This document shows positions 10,055 through 20,078 of a DNA stretch of 59,423 bases, in pieces. Every line of letters begins with the position of its first letter. The first letter of the stretch is position 1. The notes under the pieces were generated by a model. It was not told where the DNA came from. It saw only the letters and a list, made by a program, of their open reading frames with translations, and did not search any database. This stretch comes from a virus, in the IMG/VR virus record IMGVR_UViG_3300000271_000010, positions 72,958-132,380 of that record; one strand, written 5' to 3'. The translations under genes and the position numbers were made by a program.

Positions 10055-10699
10055 ATGAAGCTTTTCCCTGATGCCGCCGCTCTCGAATCATCCGGCTATC
10101 TTTTCCGGATCACCGACAATGGCGGCGAGACCTATGACCGGATCACCGTCACGTTCTGCGATGGCGATGCAATCCTCTGCACCCTTGGGAGCATTTGCGC
10201 CCATATCGAACGGGTGGACGTTCAGCGCGACGAATTGGACGTGGAAGCCGGGACGGCCCGCGATCTTCGCTGGATTGACCTTTCCCCCGGCCTTCAAGCC
10301 CGTATCCTAGCCGATTTGAACGAAGGCTTTTCAAATTACATCGAAGCCGCACCCGCCGCCGCATCACGCGACGACGCCCGCGACTGGGAAGGAATCTGGA
10401 GCGACTACAGCGGCGACCGAACCCCGATCTATCGGGACGGTGATTCTTTCCGCATCCGGGATGATGAGCGCGCCACTGATGACGGTGACCCCGGCCCGTT
10501 CACTACCTTCCGGGATGCGTTGTTCTATATACTACCAACCGACTACAGCCTGAGCGGCCCGGAATATCACACCACGGTCGATCTCTGGGATACCGAAGGC
10601 GGCCCCGCCCCGGTTTGGGAAAAAAGCGAAGGCGACGAAGGGCAGGACCGGGAAAGCTACAGCGACGATCAGGACCGGGAATCCTACACGGTCGAATAA
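10055..10699 (+). CDS. acidic cassette hypothetical protein
   Basis: RBS and ATG after the promoter; D/E-rich; duplicated QDRESY at the C-terminus. Confidence 0.8.
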   Translation: MKLFPDAAALESSGYLFRITDNGGETYDRITVTFCDGDAILCTLGSICAHIERVDVQRDELDVEAGTARDLRWIDLSPGLQARILADLNEGFSNYIEAAPAAASRDDARDWEGIWSDYSGDRTPIYRDGDSFRIRDDERATDDGDPGPFTTFRDALFYILPTDYSLSGPEYHTTVDLWDTEGGPAPVWEKSEGDEGQDRESYSDDQDRESYTVE

Positions 10700-10859
10700 A
10701 CTAGGCGGGCTCCGGCCCGCCTCTTTTTACCGGTAACCAGCCGTTAACCTTAACAAATCGGCCTAAGTTGTTAACTATCAAAGTGGAAAAACTACTTGAC
10801 CGAATCAGCGAATCACCCTAGACCGGGATCACCGCAATCAAGCGGTTGGAGACTTGACC

Positions 10860-11276
10860 ATGCCTAAGTGGAACTATCGCGGGGACGCTGATCTTTGTGA
10901 AGGTGGCTTTTTCTGGCGCGAAGACGGGGCCGATGATTACGTCCTCGCTGTGGAAGTGATTCCCTGCTCGGCGGCTGGCGGCCCGGACAATCTTTTCTGG
11001 ATTAACGAGGGCTTGATCTACATCACGCCCGACCGCATCAAAGCTGCCTTGGAAGGCGTCTATGGTCCGTATTATGTGCCGGACCGCGCCGATACCATTG
11101 ACGCTGTTATGTCTCACTACGGTATGGAGACTGACAGCGAAACCAAGCTGCGAATCGGCAAGTATGAACCGAACCCGGACTGCTGGCGGTTCGACTCGGA
11201 CAACTTCGAAGTGGACGTGGTGCTACGCGGCGGCTCCAGTCTGGATAACTGGGTGAAGCGGAATTGTCTGGGATAA
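10860..11276 (+). CDS. cassette hypothetical protein
   Basis: GGAGA RBS; ATG 10860. Confidence 0.8.
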   Translation: MPKWNYRGDADLCEGGFFWREDGADDYVLAVEVIPCSAAGGPDNLFWINEGLIYITPDRIKAALEGVYGPYYVPDRADTIDAVMSHYGMETDSETKLRIGKYEPNPDCWRFDSDNFEVDVVLRGGSSLDNWVKRNCLG

Positions 11277-11411
11277 CGAGAGGGGCTTCGGCCCCTCTTT
11301 CCTCCCCGGTAACTAGCCGTTAACCTTAACAAACGGTTACCATTAGGTGGAAAAAGTGCTTGACCGAATCGGTTGTCTCACCTAGAAACGAATCATCTAA
11401 GGAGACATATC

Positions 11412-11771
11412 GTGAAAAATCCCAAACACAGCGGCTGGACAGAACACCCCGACGGCTCGCACACCGCGAAAATCGGCCGCACGCAAATCACTATTTGCCC
11501 ACCACACCCGTGGGCGTTTTGGCGGGGCGATCACAGGGATGAGCCTTGTCATACTGGACCCGGCGAACACCGACCGGTTACTTTTCATGGTAGCCATAGC
11601 GGCGGCGCTTTCACAGTTGACGGGGCAAAGGCTATGGCGCTCTGGACCGTCCTTAACGACTTGACCGGCAAGACCCCACCGGATTCGATCTTCCCACCGG
11701 AAGAACTCGAAGCGCGTCGCGTCTGGGATGAAACGGTCGCTTACGTCAACCGCACCTATGGGGAGCGCTAA
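11412..11771 (+). CDS. cassette hypothetical protein
   Basis: AAGGAG RBS then GTG 11412. Confidence 0.75.
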   Translation: MKNPKHSGWTEHPDGSHTAKIGRTQITICPPHPWAFWRGDHRDEPCHTGPGEHRPVTFHGSHSGGAFTVDGAKAMALWTVLNDLTGKTPPDSIFPPEELEARRVWDETVAYVNRTYGER

Positions 11772-11773
11772 CC

Positions 11774-11983
11774 ATGTCGATCTATGTCTCGCCTGAAATG
11801 AAAGACATTTACGCAAGCAAGGAAATTGCGGCTCGGCTCCTACCGGACGGACGGGCGGTGGTTGACCGTCTTGCCGCCCGCCATGTCCTGAATATGGAAG
11901 GCTTGAAGCGTATCCCGTGGAAGCCGGACGAATTGCTGGAAGCGGTAAGCGCGCTGGGCTATCACATCGCTTGGCTTGAATAG
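11774..11983 (+). CDS. cassette hypothetical protein
   Basis: second gene with GGAG RBS. Confidence 0.7.
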   Translation: MSIYVSPEMKDIYASKEIAARLLPDGRAVVDRLAARHVLNMEGLKRIPWKPDELLEAVSALGYHIAWLE

Positions 11984-12119
11984 GAGACCCGACGCAAGCC
12001 GGTTCTTTCTTTGTAACCAGCCGTTAACCTTAACAAACGGTTATCACTAGGTGGAAAAAGTGCTTGACCGAATCACTTACACCCCTTAGAAACGAATCAG
12101 TTGAAACGGAGACAGACCA

Positions 12120-12620
12120 ATGCCTGATGCACGCGATTACACCGGATTTCACGAAGTGAGCGCAGCAACCCGCGAACGGGAAGCCGCCCGCAATACTGAT
12201 TTCAAGGCTTGCCCTATCCTTGCTGATTTCATCGCTACCATGCTGCAAGATTTGCAGCACACGGAAGCGGATCAAGCTTGCGAGGAAGAGCGGGAGCAAG
12301 GTGACACCGGCACCATCTACACCCTTGACGAGTCAGTCTATAAGACTTGCAAGCGCCTGTGTGAAGAGTTCATGACACACAATGCAACCCATATCGACGA
12401 AGCCCTTGATCTGGAACCGGGTGAACCCGGCTTGCAGTATGGGCGCGATTACGTCACTTATGAACGCATCGGCTCCACGTTCTACATGCAACTTGTCGGA
12501 CATGGTGTCAGCTTTACGGATGACGGAAACGCACCGTGCCTTGAAGCGATGAACGAATATGCCAGCAATCTGTATGGCGCTCAGTTCTACTTTGACGGGG
12601 AAAACGTCTATTACTGCTAA
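12120..12620 (+). CDS. acidic cassette hypothetical protein
   Basis: RBS and ATG after the promoter; terminator follows. Confidence 0.8.
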   Translation: MPDARDYTGFHEVSAATREREAARNTDFKACPILADFIATMLQDLQHTEADQACEEEREQGDTGTIYTLDESVYKTCKRLCEEFMTHNATHIDEALDLEPGEPGLQYGRDYVTYERIGSTFYMQLVGHGVSFTDDGNAPCLEAMNEYASNLYGAQFYFDGENVYYC

Positions 12621-12769
12621 GGGAAGGCGGGCAACCCGCCTTTTCTTTGCCGGTAACCGATCGTTAAGGTTAACAGATTGGCCCAGCCGTTAACCATCAA
12701 AGTGGAAAAACTACTTGACCGAATCACTTGTCTGTCTTAGAAACGAATCACCAACAACGGAGACAGACC

Positions 12770-13009
12770 ATGCAGACCGCAGTGCAACGCCTTAACGAAG
12801 CCGCTAAGACCTCATTCTTGAAGCCGCAGTGCTTTAAGGGTGGTGAAATTCAGGAAGCCATCATGGAAGCTGGCCTCGATCTCGAAGACGACAAGGTTTA
12901 TGCCCGCCTGTCGGCAAACGGCTATCTGGATTGCACCGATTGGAGCGGCCCTTACGATAGCGTGGAAGAGGCGGCGGAAGGCTTGCTCTCCCTCTACTTC
13001 GAAGATTAA
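12770..13009 (+). CDS. cassette hypothetical protein
   Basis: ATG after GGAGACAGACC. Confidence 0.8.
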   Translation: MQTAVQRLNEAAKTSFLKPQCFKGGEIQEAIMEAGLDLEDDKVYARLSANGYLDCTDWSGPYDSVEEAAEGLLSLYFED

Positions 13010-13159
13010 GGAGAGGGGCTTAGGCCCCTCTTTCTTTACTGGTAAGCAATCGTTAAGGTTAACGCGTCGCGGTAATTCGTTAACCGTCAAAGTGGAAATA
13101 GTGCTTGACCGAATCACTTGGGTTACCTAGAAACGAATCACCAACAACGGAGACAGACC

Positions 13160-13807
13160 ATGCAAACACCCAAGCAGATTGCTGATGAAATCGACAACGG
13201 TGCGGCGGCGGACATTTTCTATGACGCTGACGATTATGGGGATGAAGGCCCTTCGATCACCATCGAAAACTTCCAACTAGCGTGCGCTCAAGGCGCTGCT
13301 ATATTGCGCCAGCTTGACGCGCCGGAAGAATGGTTTGTGGTGATTACCGACGAAGACGGGAATCGGGTTGATTCGGAAACCTTCGGTGGTGACTATTCGA
13401 TCGAACACATTCGCGAAGTCGCTGGCAAACACTTCGGCGATCTACCGGCTGGGCACAATTGCCGCTTCTACCCAGTTGGACCGGAGCGGGTTGACCTCGC
13501 ATTCGGATTCTCCGGTGACTTGCCTGACCCACGTCTGGCACATTCTATCGCTCTCTTGCGGCTGCGCATAGGCTTGTCGGATCAGATTGACAAAGCAGTT
13601 GCAGACAAGGATTTGGCCCTTGAAATGGCGCTTCATGCACTGCATCAAGAAAACGAAGTTCGAATCGATAACGATCAGACCCAATATCTCTTGGATCGTG
13701 GTTGGGCGAACGAGGATGGTTGGGAGGGTTGCCCGGATGATTACATGGGCGAAACACTCTGGAGCGGTCACGCGGCGGAAGATGAACTGCGAAAGTGGTT
13801 CGGCTAA
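13160..13807 (+). CDS. acidic cassette hypothetical protein
   Basis: ATG after GGAGACAGACC. Confidence 0.8.
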   Translation: MQTPKQIADEIDNGAAADIFYDADDYGDEGPSITIENFQLACAQGAAILRQLDAPEEWFVVITDEDGNRVDSETFGGDYSIEHIREVAGKHFGDLPAGHNCRFYPVGPERVDLAFGFSGDLPDPRLAHSIALLRLRIGLSDQIDKAVADKDLALEMALHALHQENEVRIDNDQTQYLLDRGWANEDGWEGCPDDYMGETLWSGHAAEDELRKWFG

Positions 13808-13967
13808 GTGGGAGGGGCTTAGGCCCCTCTCTTTTTGCCCGGTAACCAGTCGTTAACCTTAACAGCCCGGTAACCAAGTGGAAAAACTTCTGGACGAATT
13901 GGCTTGCGAATCGCTGGCATCTCCCCTAACAAGAGTTCAGCGCAATTCCGCGCTCGGAGACGACCCA

Positions 13968-14414
13968 ATGTCATCACCCTTCCTACCTTCCGTGCAAGAC
14001 CAACTGCAAGCGCGTCGCGACGAATCGGACGACGGATTCGCCTGTGTCCACATCGACACTTGCCTTTCAAGCTTCCTGAATGACCACCACAATCGCGATG
14101 GCGAACTGCTGCTGGGCGCGATCATCTTCGGTGATACGTCCATCGGTGAAGTCAAGAACGAACTGCTGAGCGAGTTCGATTCGGTGGCTTACGATCTGGC
14201 TGGCGAACGGGCTGGCTACGACCACGCACGGGCTCGGGCTGCGATCCTGCGTTCGTTTGCGGACGTGCATCCCATGGAACTGGACCGAAAGGCTTTCGAT
14301 CCGTCGGTGGACCTCCGCGACGAAGGCGACGAAGATTCCTGCGAGGAATACTGCCAAGCGTGGTTCCTCATTACGTGGAACGTCCCGGAAGAGGAGGATG
14401 GCTCATCGGATTGA
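13968..14414 (+). CDS. acidic cassette hypothetical protein
   Basis: ATG after GGAGA; variant promoter. Confidence 0.75.
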   Translation: MSSPFLPSVQDQLQARRDESDDGFACVHIDTCLSSFLNDHHNRDGELLLGAIIFGDTSIGEVKNELLSEFDSVAYDLAGERAGYDHARARAAILRSFADVHPMELDRKAFDPSVDLRDEGDEDSCEEYCQAWFLITWNVPEEEDGSSD

Positions 14415-14515
14415 TCGACGCACTGAGCCGCGCTATTCTCGGGGTTCTATTCATCATCTTCGCAATGGGGCTGGCTTCGTGCCAGCCTCTCTTTTTCGTG
14501 GCAACATCTCGTTAA
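14411..14515 (+). CDS. 34-aa hydrophobic lipobox micropeptide (MIDALSRAILGVLFIIFAMGLASCQPLFFVATSR, TTG start)
   Basis: TTGA overlap with the upstream stop; similar to the 6797 and 16565 peptides. Confidence 0.5.
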   Translation: MIDALSRAILGVLFIIFAMGLASCQPLFFVATSR

Positions 14516-14605
14516 GGTTAACAAAGCGTGGAGACTTGTGGAAAAAGTGCTTGACCGAATCACTTGCACCACCTAAAAACGAATCAGTTCAAACGGAGAC
14601 AGACC

Positions 14606-14860
14606 ATGAAGCCGCACCTATCTTTTGCAGTAGCCCGCCCGGATGAAGTCGCCGAGTGCTGGGATGGCATCTACGAAGTTCCCGGCCTTTATCAGGCGCT
14701 CTGGGGCTGTGTGGGCGATTACAAGGCCCCGTCGCCGGAAGTATCGGAAGAGCCCTGCCACGGCATGGACTCGGTCGCTGATTTCTGGGATCGGTTCTCG
14801 GACGATCACAAGGCGGCTCTTAATGCAGCCGCTGCGGCGCACTACGCGTCTTGGAGTTAA
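14606..14860 (+). CDS. cassette hypothetical protein
   Basis: ATG after GGAGACAGACC. Confidence 0.8.
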   Translation: MKPHLSFAVARPDEVAECWDGIYEVPGLYQALWGCVGDYKAPSPEVSEEPCHGMDSVADFWDRFSDDHKAALNAAAAAHYASWS

Positions 14861-15378
14861 TGATTATGGAAAAATTCATTCACCACGAACGGGTGTCTGT
14901 CGAAGGCGGAAGCGAGGAAGATGCCTACGACGTGATTGAAGACGAAGATGGCTTCAACGTGGTCCGCGATGGGCACTACATGACGCCTTTCGAAACACTG
15001 GCGGAAGCTGTGGCTGTTGCCTACCAGCTTGCGGAACAGGAAGAAAATCACATCAAAGAACAACGCAGAAAGGCGAATATGAGCCGGACACAATTCATCG
15101 ACGGAAAGGCCAAGCGCTACGTCCGCGACCTGCGGGAAGGCGACCTTGTGGACCTCGAAAACGATATGTATGCTGATGCAGATGCATGGGCTGCCTTCAA
15201 GAATGGAGAGGACGGGGACGCCGTTCGCTCGCATCCAGAGTTCGAGTTCGAGTTCCAGACCGTTTCTTGGATCGAACGTGAGACCGAGGATTGCATCAGT
15301 GTGTCCTTCGAGTCAGGGTTCTCTTGCGGGTTCCCACCCGACCACTTGGTGGATGTGGATGGAGAGCAAGCGGAATAA
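14860..15378 (+). CDS. acidic cassette hypothetical protein
   Basis: TAATG coupling; strongly D/E-rich. Confidence 0.75.
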   Translation: MIMEKFIHHERVSVEGGSEEDAYDVIEDEDGFNVVRDGHYMTPFETLAEAVAVAYQLAEQEENHIKEQRRKANMSRTQFIDGKAKRYVRDLREGDLVDLENDMYADADAWAAFKNGEDGDAVRSHPEFEFEFQTVSWIERETEDCISVSFESGFSCGFPPDHLVDVDGEQAE

Positions 15379-15532
15379 GCGAGGGGCTTCGGCCCCTTTC
15401 TTTTTGTCCGTAACTATTCGTTAAGGTTAACAGCCGGGTAATCACTGGAAAAATAAATGGAGAAAGTGCTTGCGCAAATCGAATCACTGGTCTATTACCG
15501 AATCACCGGCACGGAGCCGGAGGAGAAAGACC

Positions 15533-15979
15533 ATGCAAGACGCCTCAATTTTCAAGCGCCGCGAAACGACCTTCAACGGCGGTGATTCGACCAACGGGAC
15601 ATTCATTCCCAAGCAGACCGTCACGATCGGGAGGTGTGTTGACGAAGACGAAGACATCTGGACCGTCACCGATGTGAACGGCAAGACCCACCGGGTTGAT
15701 GGCTGCGAACTGCACCCACACCCGGAAGCCGCGCTGACCAACATCGAGTTCATGAATGTTCTCATGACGTGGTGCAAGACCCCGTTGATGCACGCTTTCA
15801 TCATGCAGGCGCTGGATCAATACGCGCAGGCTGTCGTCAAGGCGGACGTGGCAACGCTCGAAACCCCGTTCATCGCCGGGGCTGCGTGGCAGGAAACCGC
15901 CCGCGAATATCTGGGCTTCGCCGCTGCCCGCGACTACGTGGAAAAGGCACGGCATAAGGAATTGACTCCGGCCGATTGA
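15533..15979 (+). CDS. cassette hypothetical protein
   Basis: GGAGGAG RBS, ATG 15533. Confidence 0.8.
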   Translation: MQDASIFKRRETTFNGGDSTNGTFIPKQTVTIGRCVDEDEDIWTVTDVNGKTHRVDGCELHPHPEAALTNIEFMNVLMTWCKTPLMHAFIMQALDQYAQAVVKADVATLETPFIAGAAWQETAREYLGFAAARDYVEKARHKELTPAD

Positions 15980-16154
15980 GCCTTCGGGCTCTCGGTGAGG
16001 GGCAGGGTTTGGTCGCCCTGCCCCTCAACTTTTCTGGTAGAGACCCATTAACCTTAACGAATAGGGCCGGGTTGTTAACTTTGGAAGTGGATAAAGTGCT
16101 TGACCGAATCACTTGCTTCGGGCAGAAACGAATCACCACAACCGGAGATGACCT

Positions 16155-16565
16155 ATGGACGCTTATGTTTTTCAAGCCGCGCTGATCTGCGAAGATTGCT
16201 GCAACGGTTTCAAGCAAGACACCCCTTGTCTTGTTAATGAAAGCGACGAGTCAAGTTATGACTCAAGTGAGTGGCCTAAAGGCCCTTACAGCGAAGGCGG
16301 TGGCGAGTCGGATACCCCGCAGCACTGCGACCGGTGTGGGATGTTCCTTGACAATCCCTTGACGGGGGACGGGGAGACCTATGTCCGCGACGCCTTTCGG
16401 GAGTTCGTGGAGACCGGACGCGGGAGCCTTGACGTTCTCGCCGAGTGGAAAGCGGCCTATGATTGGTGCTGGGATGATTTCTACTCCATCACTTTCCCTA
16501 TGATGGAAGAAGAAGGACTCACCGATATCTGTCAGCGACGCTTCGACTCCTTAGAAGCGGCCTAA
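16155..16565 (+). CDS. acidic cassette protein with two CxxC pairs (possible Zn binding)
   Basis: CEDC and CDRC motifs; RBS and ATG after the promoter. Confidence 0.75.
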   Translation: MDAYVFQAALICEDCCNGFKQDTPCLVNESDESSYDSSEWPKGPYSEGGGESDTPQHCDRCGMFLDNPLTGDGETYVRDAFREFVETGRGSLDVLAEWKAAYDWCWDDFYSITFPMMEEEGLTDICQRRFDSLEAA

Positions 16566-16732
16566 TGGGCTGTCTCGACGCCGTTGCCAAGCTGCTGCTT
16601 GGAGTGCTGTTTCTGATATTCGCCGCCGGGGTTGCTTCTTGCGCCCCGGTGTTTTCTTTAAGGGAACGACTCGTTAACCTTAACAAAAAGGTCTGCTTTG
16701 TTAATCACCTTCTAAGTGGAAATAGTGCTTGA
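16565..16732 (+). CDS. hydrophobic lipobox micropeptide (MGCLDAVAKLLLGVLFLIFAAGVASCAPVF...)
   Basis: TAATG coupling; paralogue of the 6797 peptide; frame runs 55 aa into the next promoter. Confidence 0.55.
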   Translation: MGCLDAVAKLLLGVLFLIFAAGVASCAPVFSLRERLVNLNKKVCFVNHLLSGNSA

Positions 16733-16785
16733 CCGAATCACTTGCCCCGACTAGAAACGAATCACCAACAACGGAGACAAACCAA

Positions 16786-17193
16786 ATGAGCGAACACGCA
16801 ATCAGCAACGCACGGGCATGGGTCGCGACAATCGCAGGTGCTGCGCTGGCACTGGAATCCCTGAACGACGGAGCCGAGTCGGCTGAGTTCGACGGGGAGA
16901 CTTTCACCGACCCGGAGGACGTGCAACAGCGGATTCACGAAATGCCCCTGTCGGTGCAAGTGCGCGGCGGCTGGTATCAGCCCGGAGCCGACCGCTCGGA
17001 AGTGGAGGCGGAAGAGTTCGAAATTCTGCTTTCGACCGGCGGCCCCGCCTTGCGCGTTTATGGTGATATCGGCGGCGAACCATTCTTGCAGTGGCAGGAC
17101 TGGGGAACGCCGTGGACCACCTACCACGACACCAGCGAATTTGAGGACGAAGCGATTCGCGCCTTTGTCGGCATGTTCTATCTCGGCGAATAA
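16786..17193 (+). CDS. acidic cassette hypothetical protein
   Basis: ATG after GGAGA; EILLSTGGPA and WQDW motifs. Confidence 0.8.
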   Translation: MSEHAISNARAWVATIAGAALALESLNDGAESAEFDGETFTDPEDVQQRIHEMPLSVQVRGGWYQPGADRSEVEAEEFEILLSTGGPALRVYGDIGGEPFLQWQDWGTPWTTYHDTSEFEDEAIRAFVGMFYLGE

Positions 17194-17358
17194 GGAAAGG
17201 CGGGGCAACCCGCCTTTTTCTTTGTCTGTAACCATTCGTTAAGGTTAACGGAATCGGTCGATCGTGTTAACCATGTGCAAAAGTTGAAAAACTGGTTGAC
17301 CTAACCGGTGGAATATGCGAATCACAAGTCACGGCGAATCAACGCCGGGAGACAAACC

Positions 17359-17490
17359 ATGCGAATCATTTTCAAGGAAAAGACTGACGGAAGCCTCAAG
17401 CGCGTTGATCGTGCCGACAAGCTGGAACGCCGCAAGGCACGCCGTCAAAAGGCTGAGCGCCAGCGCTTCGCCTTCGCTAACAACGTCTAA
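17359..17490 (+). CDS. 43-aa basic peptide
   Basis: GGGAGA RBS; K/R-rich. Confidence 0.65.
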   Translation: MRIIFKEKTDGSLKRVDRADKLERRKARRQKAERQRFAFANNV

Positions 17491-17500
17491 GGGGCTCGAC

Positions 17501-18139
17501 ATGCCAACCGAAAAGACCATCACGCTCTACACCTACGATGAATTGAGCGACAAGGCCAAGGAGCGCGCCCGCCAGTGGTGGAACGAATGCCGCGACTCGT
17601 CCGATTATCATGCGGTGACGGAAGACTTCGCCACAATCATCAAGCTGATGGGCTTCGACTTGACGACTCACAGCGTGCGGCTGATGAATGGCAGCACGCG
17701 GGAAGAGCCTAACATCTGGTGGAGCCTCGGCTATTGCCAGAGCGACTACGCTGGATTCGAAGCCCGCTACAGCTACGTCAAGGGCGGCGCGGCTGCTGTC
17801 AAGTCCTATGCTCCCAAGGACGAGACCTTGCACGCAATCGCCGATTCGCTGCAAGAGATGCAGAAGCGCAACTTCTGGCAAATCAGCGCTAAGATTCGGT
17901 TTGACGACCGGCGCGGCTATGACATCGCCGAAGTCCTCAAGGACGGCTGTTATATGTATGGCAGCGACGCTGAGTCCGACGCCGAAGCGGTGATCCTCGA
18001 AGCGTGCAAGGACCTGTCGCGCTGGCTCTATTCCAAGCTGCGCGAGGAAGACCAATATCTTTCCAGCGAGGAATCCGTGGCCGACGCAATGGAGGCGAAC
18101 GAATACACCTTCCGGGAAGACGGGACGCGGGAAGACTGA
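17501..18139 (+). CDS. conserved plasmid/ICE-type protein (family often labelled 'antitoxin of toxin-antitoxin stability system')
   Basis: YTYDELSDKAKERAR, YAPKDETLHAIADSLQEMQKRNFWQ, DLSRWLYSKLREE and ANEYTF match my recollection of that family. Confidence 0.65.
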   Translation: MPTEKTITLYTYDELSDKAKERARQWWNECRDSSDYHAVTEDFATIIKLMGFDLTTHSVRLMNGSTREEPNIWWSLGYCQSDYAGFEARYSYVKGGAAAVKSYAPKDETLHAIADSLQEMQKRNFWQISAKIRFDDRRGYDIAEVLKDGCYMYGSDAESDAEAVILEACKDLSRWLYSKLREEDQYLSSEESVADAMEANEYTFREDGTRED

Positions 18140-18304
18140 GAGGGACCCGGCGGCGCTGAGAAGTGCCGCCGGGTTTCTCTTTTCTGGTAACGGACTGTTA
18201 AGGTTAACGGGGAGTTACCAGCAAGTGGAAAAAGTGCTTGACCGAATCACTGGAAAATGCGAATCAGGGGTTACCGGAAGAGACCGGAAAACAGGAGAAA
18301 GACC

Positions 18305-18607
18305 ATGACCGCACCGTTTACCCAAGGCACCCCCGCCCTAGTCAACAAGGCCAAGGCCAGCGCCATCGCCTTCTACGGCATGGCAGGCCGAGGCGCTACC
18401 GCCCCCGGCGCTGTAGTGATCCGCAAGCTGGGCGATGACAGCAACGCAAATTTCGTTGTCCACTTTTTCAATTCGCAGGACGGCGGATACTATTCGGGAG
18501 GCTACACCGAAACGCTGGTGCAGGCTTACGAGGAGTTCGCTGAACGTCTTCGCCGCTACGACCGTGACGGGGAACTGAACAACGCTTTCGTGGAACCTGA
18601 GGCGTAA
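18305..18607 (+). CDS. cassette hypothetical protein
   Basis: AGGAGA RBS, ATG 18305. Confidence 0.8.
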   Translation: MTAPFTQGTPALVNKAKASAIAFYGMAGRGATAPGAVVIRKLGDDSNANFVVHFFNSQDGGYYSGGYTETLVQAYEEFAERLRRYDRDGELNNAFVEPEA

Positions 18608-18612
18608 GGCAC

Positions 18613-18697
18613 GGGACCCGGACCCTTGAGAACAGGGGCCGGGTTTCCAAACACCGGCGGGACCCGGCCCACTGAGAACAAGGGCCGGTTTTCCAAA
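18613..18697 (+). repeat. two ~39-bp direct repeats GGGACCC-N9-AGAACA-RGGGCCGG-KTTTCCAAA
   Basis: copies at 18613 and 18659; relatives at 5302 and 5353. Confidence 0.8.
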
Positions 18698-18824
18698 TTG
18701 GTAACGACCCGTTAACCTTAACACTCCGGCTGAATGTGTTAACCATCAAAGTGGAAAAAGTGCTTGACCGAATCACCGAAAACGGACAAACGAATCAGGC
18801 GCACTCAAGCGCTGGAGACAGGCC

Positions 18825-19112
18825 ATGCCTAAGCTTTATAATGCTGACATAACCATCACCGCGACCGCTTACGTGGTGGCTGAGAACGAAGACGAAGCGC
18901 GTGCGAAGATCAGCGCCCTTCACAACACCGGGATCGAATTTTCCGACCGCCGCCAACAAGTGTCAGACGACTTGTTCGTGACCGGAGAAACCTACGGCAT
19001 CGACATGCCGGAACTGTCGCTGAGCCCGGCCATGACCATCAACTACAGCGCGACGCGCCCCTATGTCTGTCTGGTCCAAGAACTGGATGGCGACGAAGGG
19101 GAGGAAAGCTGA
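18825..19112 (+). CDS. cassette hypothetical protein
   Basis: RBS and ATG after the promoter. Confidence 0.8.
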   Translation: MPKLYNADITITATAYVVAENEDEARAKISALHNTGIEFSDRRQQVSDDLFVTGETYGIDMPELSLSPAMTINYSATRPYVCLVQELDGDEGEES

Positions 19113-19384
19113 TGCACGAAGCCAATCAGGACCGGATCGACTGGGCAAAGAACGCCCTCGATACCTTCACCATCGAAACCTACGGCGGGCGGCCTTACTC
19201 AACGCTTGAAGCGCAGTGCGCCGACTGCGAGGAAGGTATGGGGGACGATTACACCGCCGTGCAAGACCTCATTGGCGACTTGCTCCATGTGGCCCATGAA
19301 CGGGGCTGGAACACCGCCGAGCTTATCCGGCGGGCGGAAGCGAACTTTGTCTATGAAGTCGCGCCGGATTATCAAGGCGATTAA
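19112..19384 (+). CDS. cassette hypothetical protein
   Basis: TGATG coupling; DLIGDLLH motif. Confidence 0.75.
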   Translation: MHEANQDRIDWAKNALDTFTIETYGGRPYSTLEAQCADCEEGMGDDYTAVQDLIGDLLHVAHERGWNTAELIRRAEANFVYEVAPDYQGD

Positions 19385-19704
19385 GGAGAGGGGCTTCGGC
19401 CCCTCTTTGCTTTTCGGTCGTTTTGGATCGCCGCTGCTTTGGACAGGTCCGACTTTGGATCGGGCTTGTTTTGGGTTTGGATCATTTCGACTTTTATGAA
19501 CCCCTCTATTTTGAGCCCACCCCGACCGGGCGCGGATTGGTTGATGATTGGTTAACCAATCACCGCCAGTGGCTGGTTAACGAAAACAGGCAATCTGTTA
19601 AGGTTAACAAATCGGCCGATCGCATTAACCATCAAAGTGGAAATAGTTCTTGACCGAATCACTTGCCTCACCTAGAAACGAATCACCAACAACGGAGACG
19701 CACC

Positions 19705-19911
19705 ATGCTGATTTTTCACTACCCCTCGAAAAAGGCCCTCAAGGAATGCATCGGCCAGCCCCTGCGCTACGAAGAGACTTCGCTCTTCGGCCCTGAGTAT
19801 CGCCCGGACGGACGCCTGACCGGCGCGAATCGCCCGCACATCACGAAGATCGGCCGGGAGTTCTTCGCCAACGTCACCATGAAGGACGGCAAGATCGCCA
19901 AGGTCGAATAA
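19705..19911 (+). CDS. cassette hypothetical protein
   Basis: ATG after GGAGA. Confidence 0.8.
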   Translation: MLIFHYPSKKALKECIGQPLRYEETSLFGPEYRPDGRLTGANRPHITKIGREFFANVTMKDGKIAKVE

Positions 19912-20078
19912 GAGGAGGGGCTTCGGCCCCTTTTCTTTTGACCTTAACCCCGCGTTAAGGTTAACAGATTGGGCCAATTCGTTAACCATTAAAATGCAAA
20001 TAAGTGGAAAAAGTGCTTGCGCGAATCGGTTGAGACTGGCAGTAAGGGGATGCGGCACGGAGCCGCTGGAGACGACCT

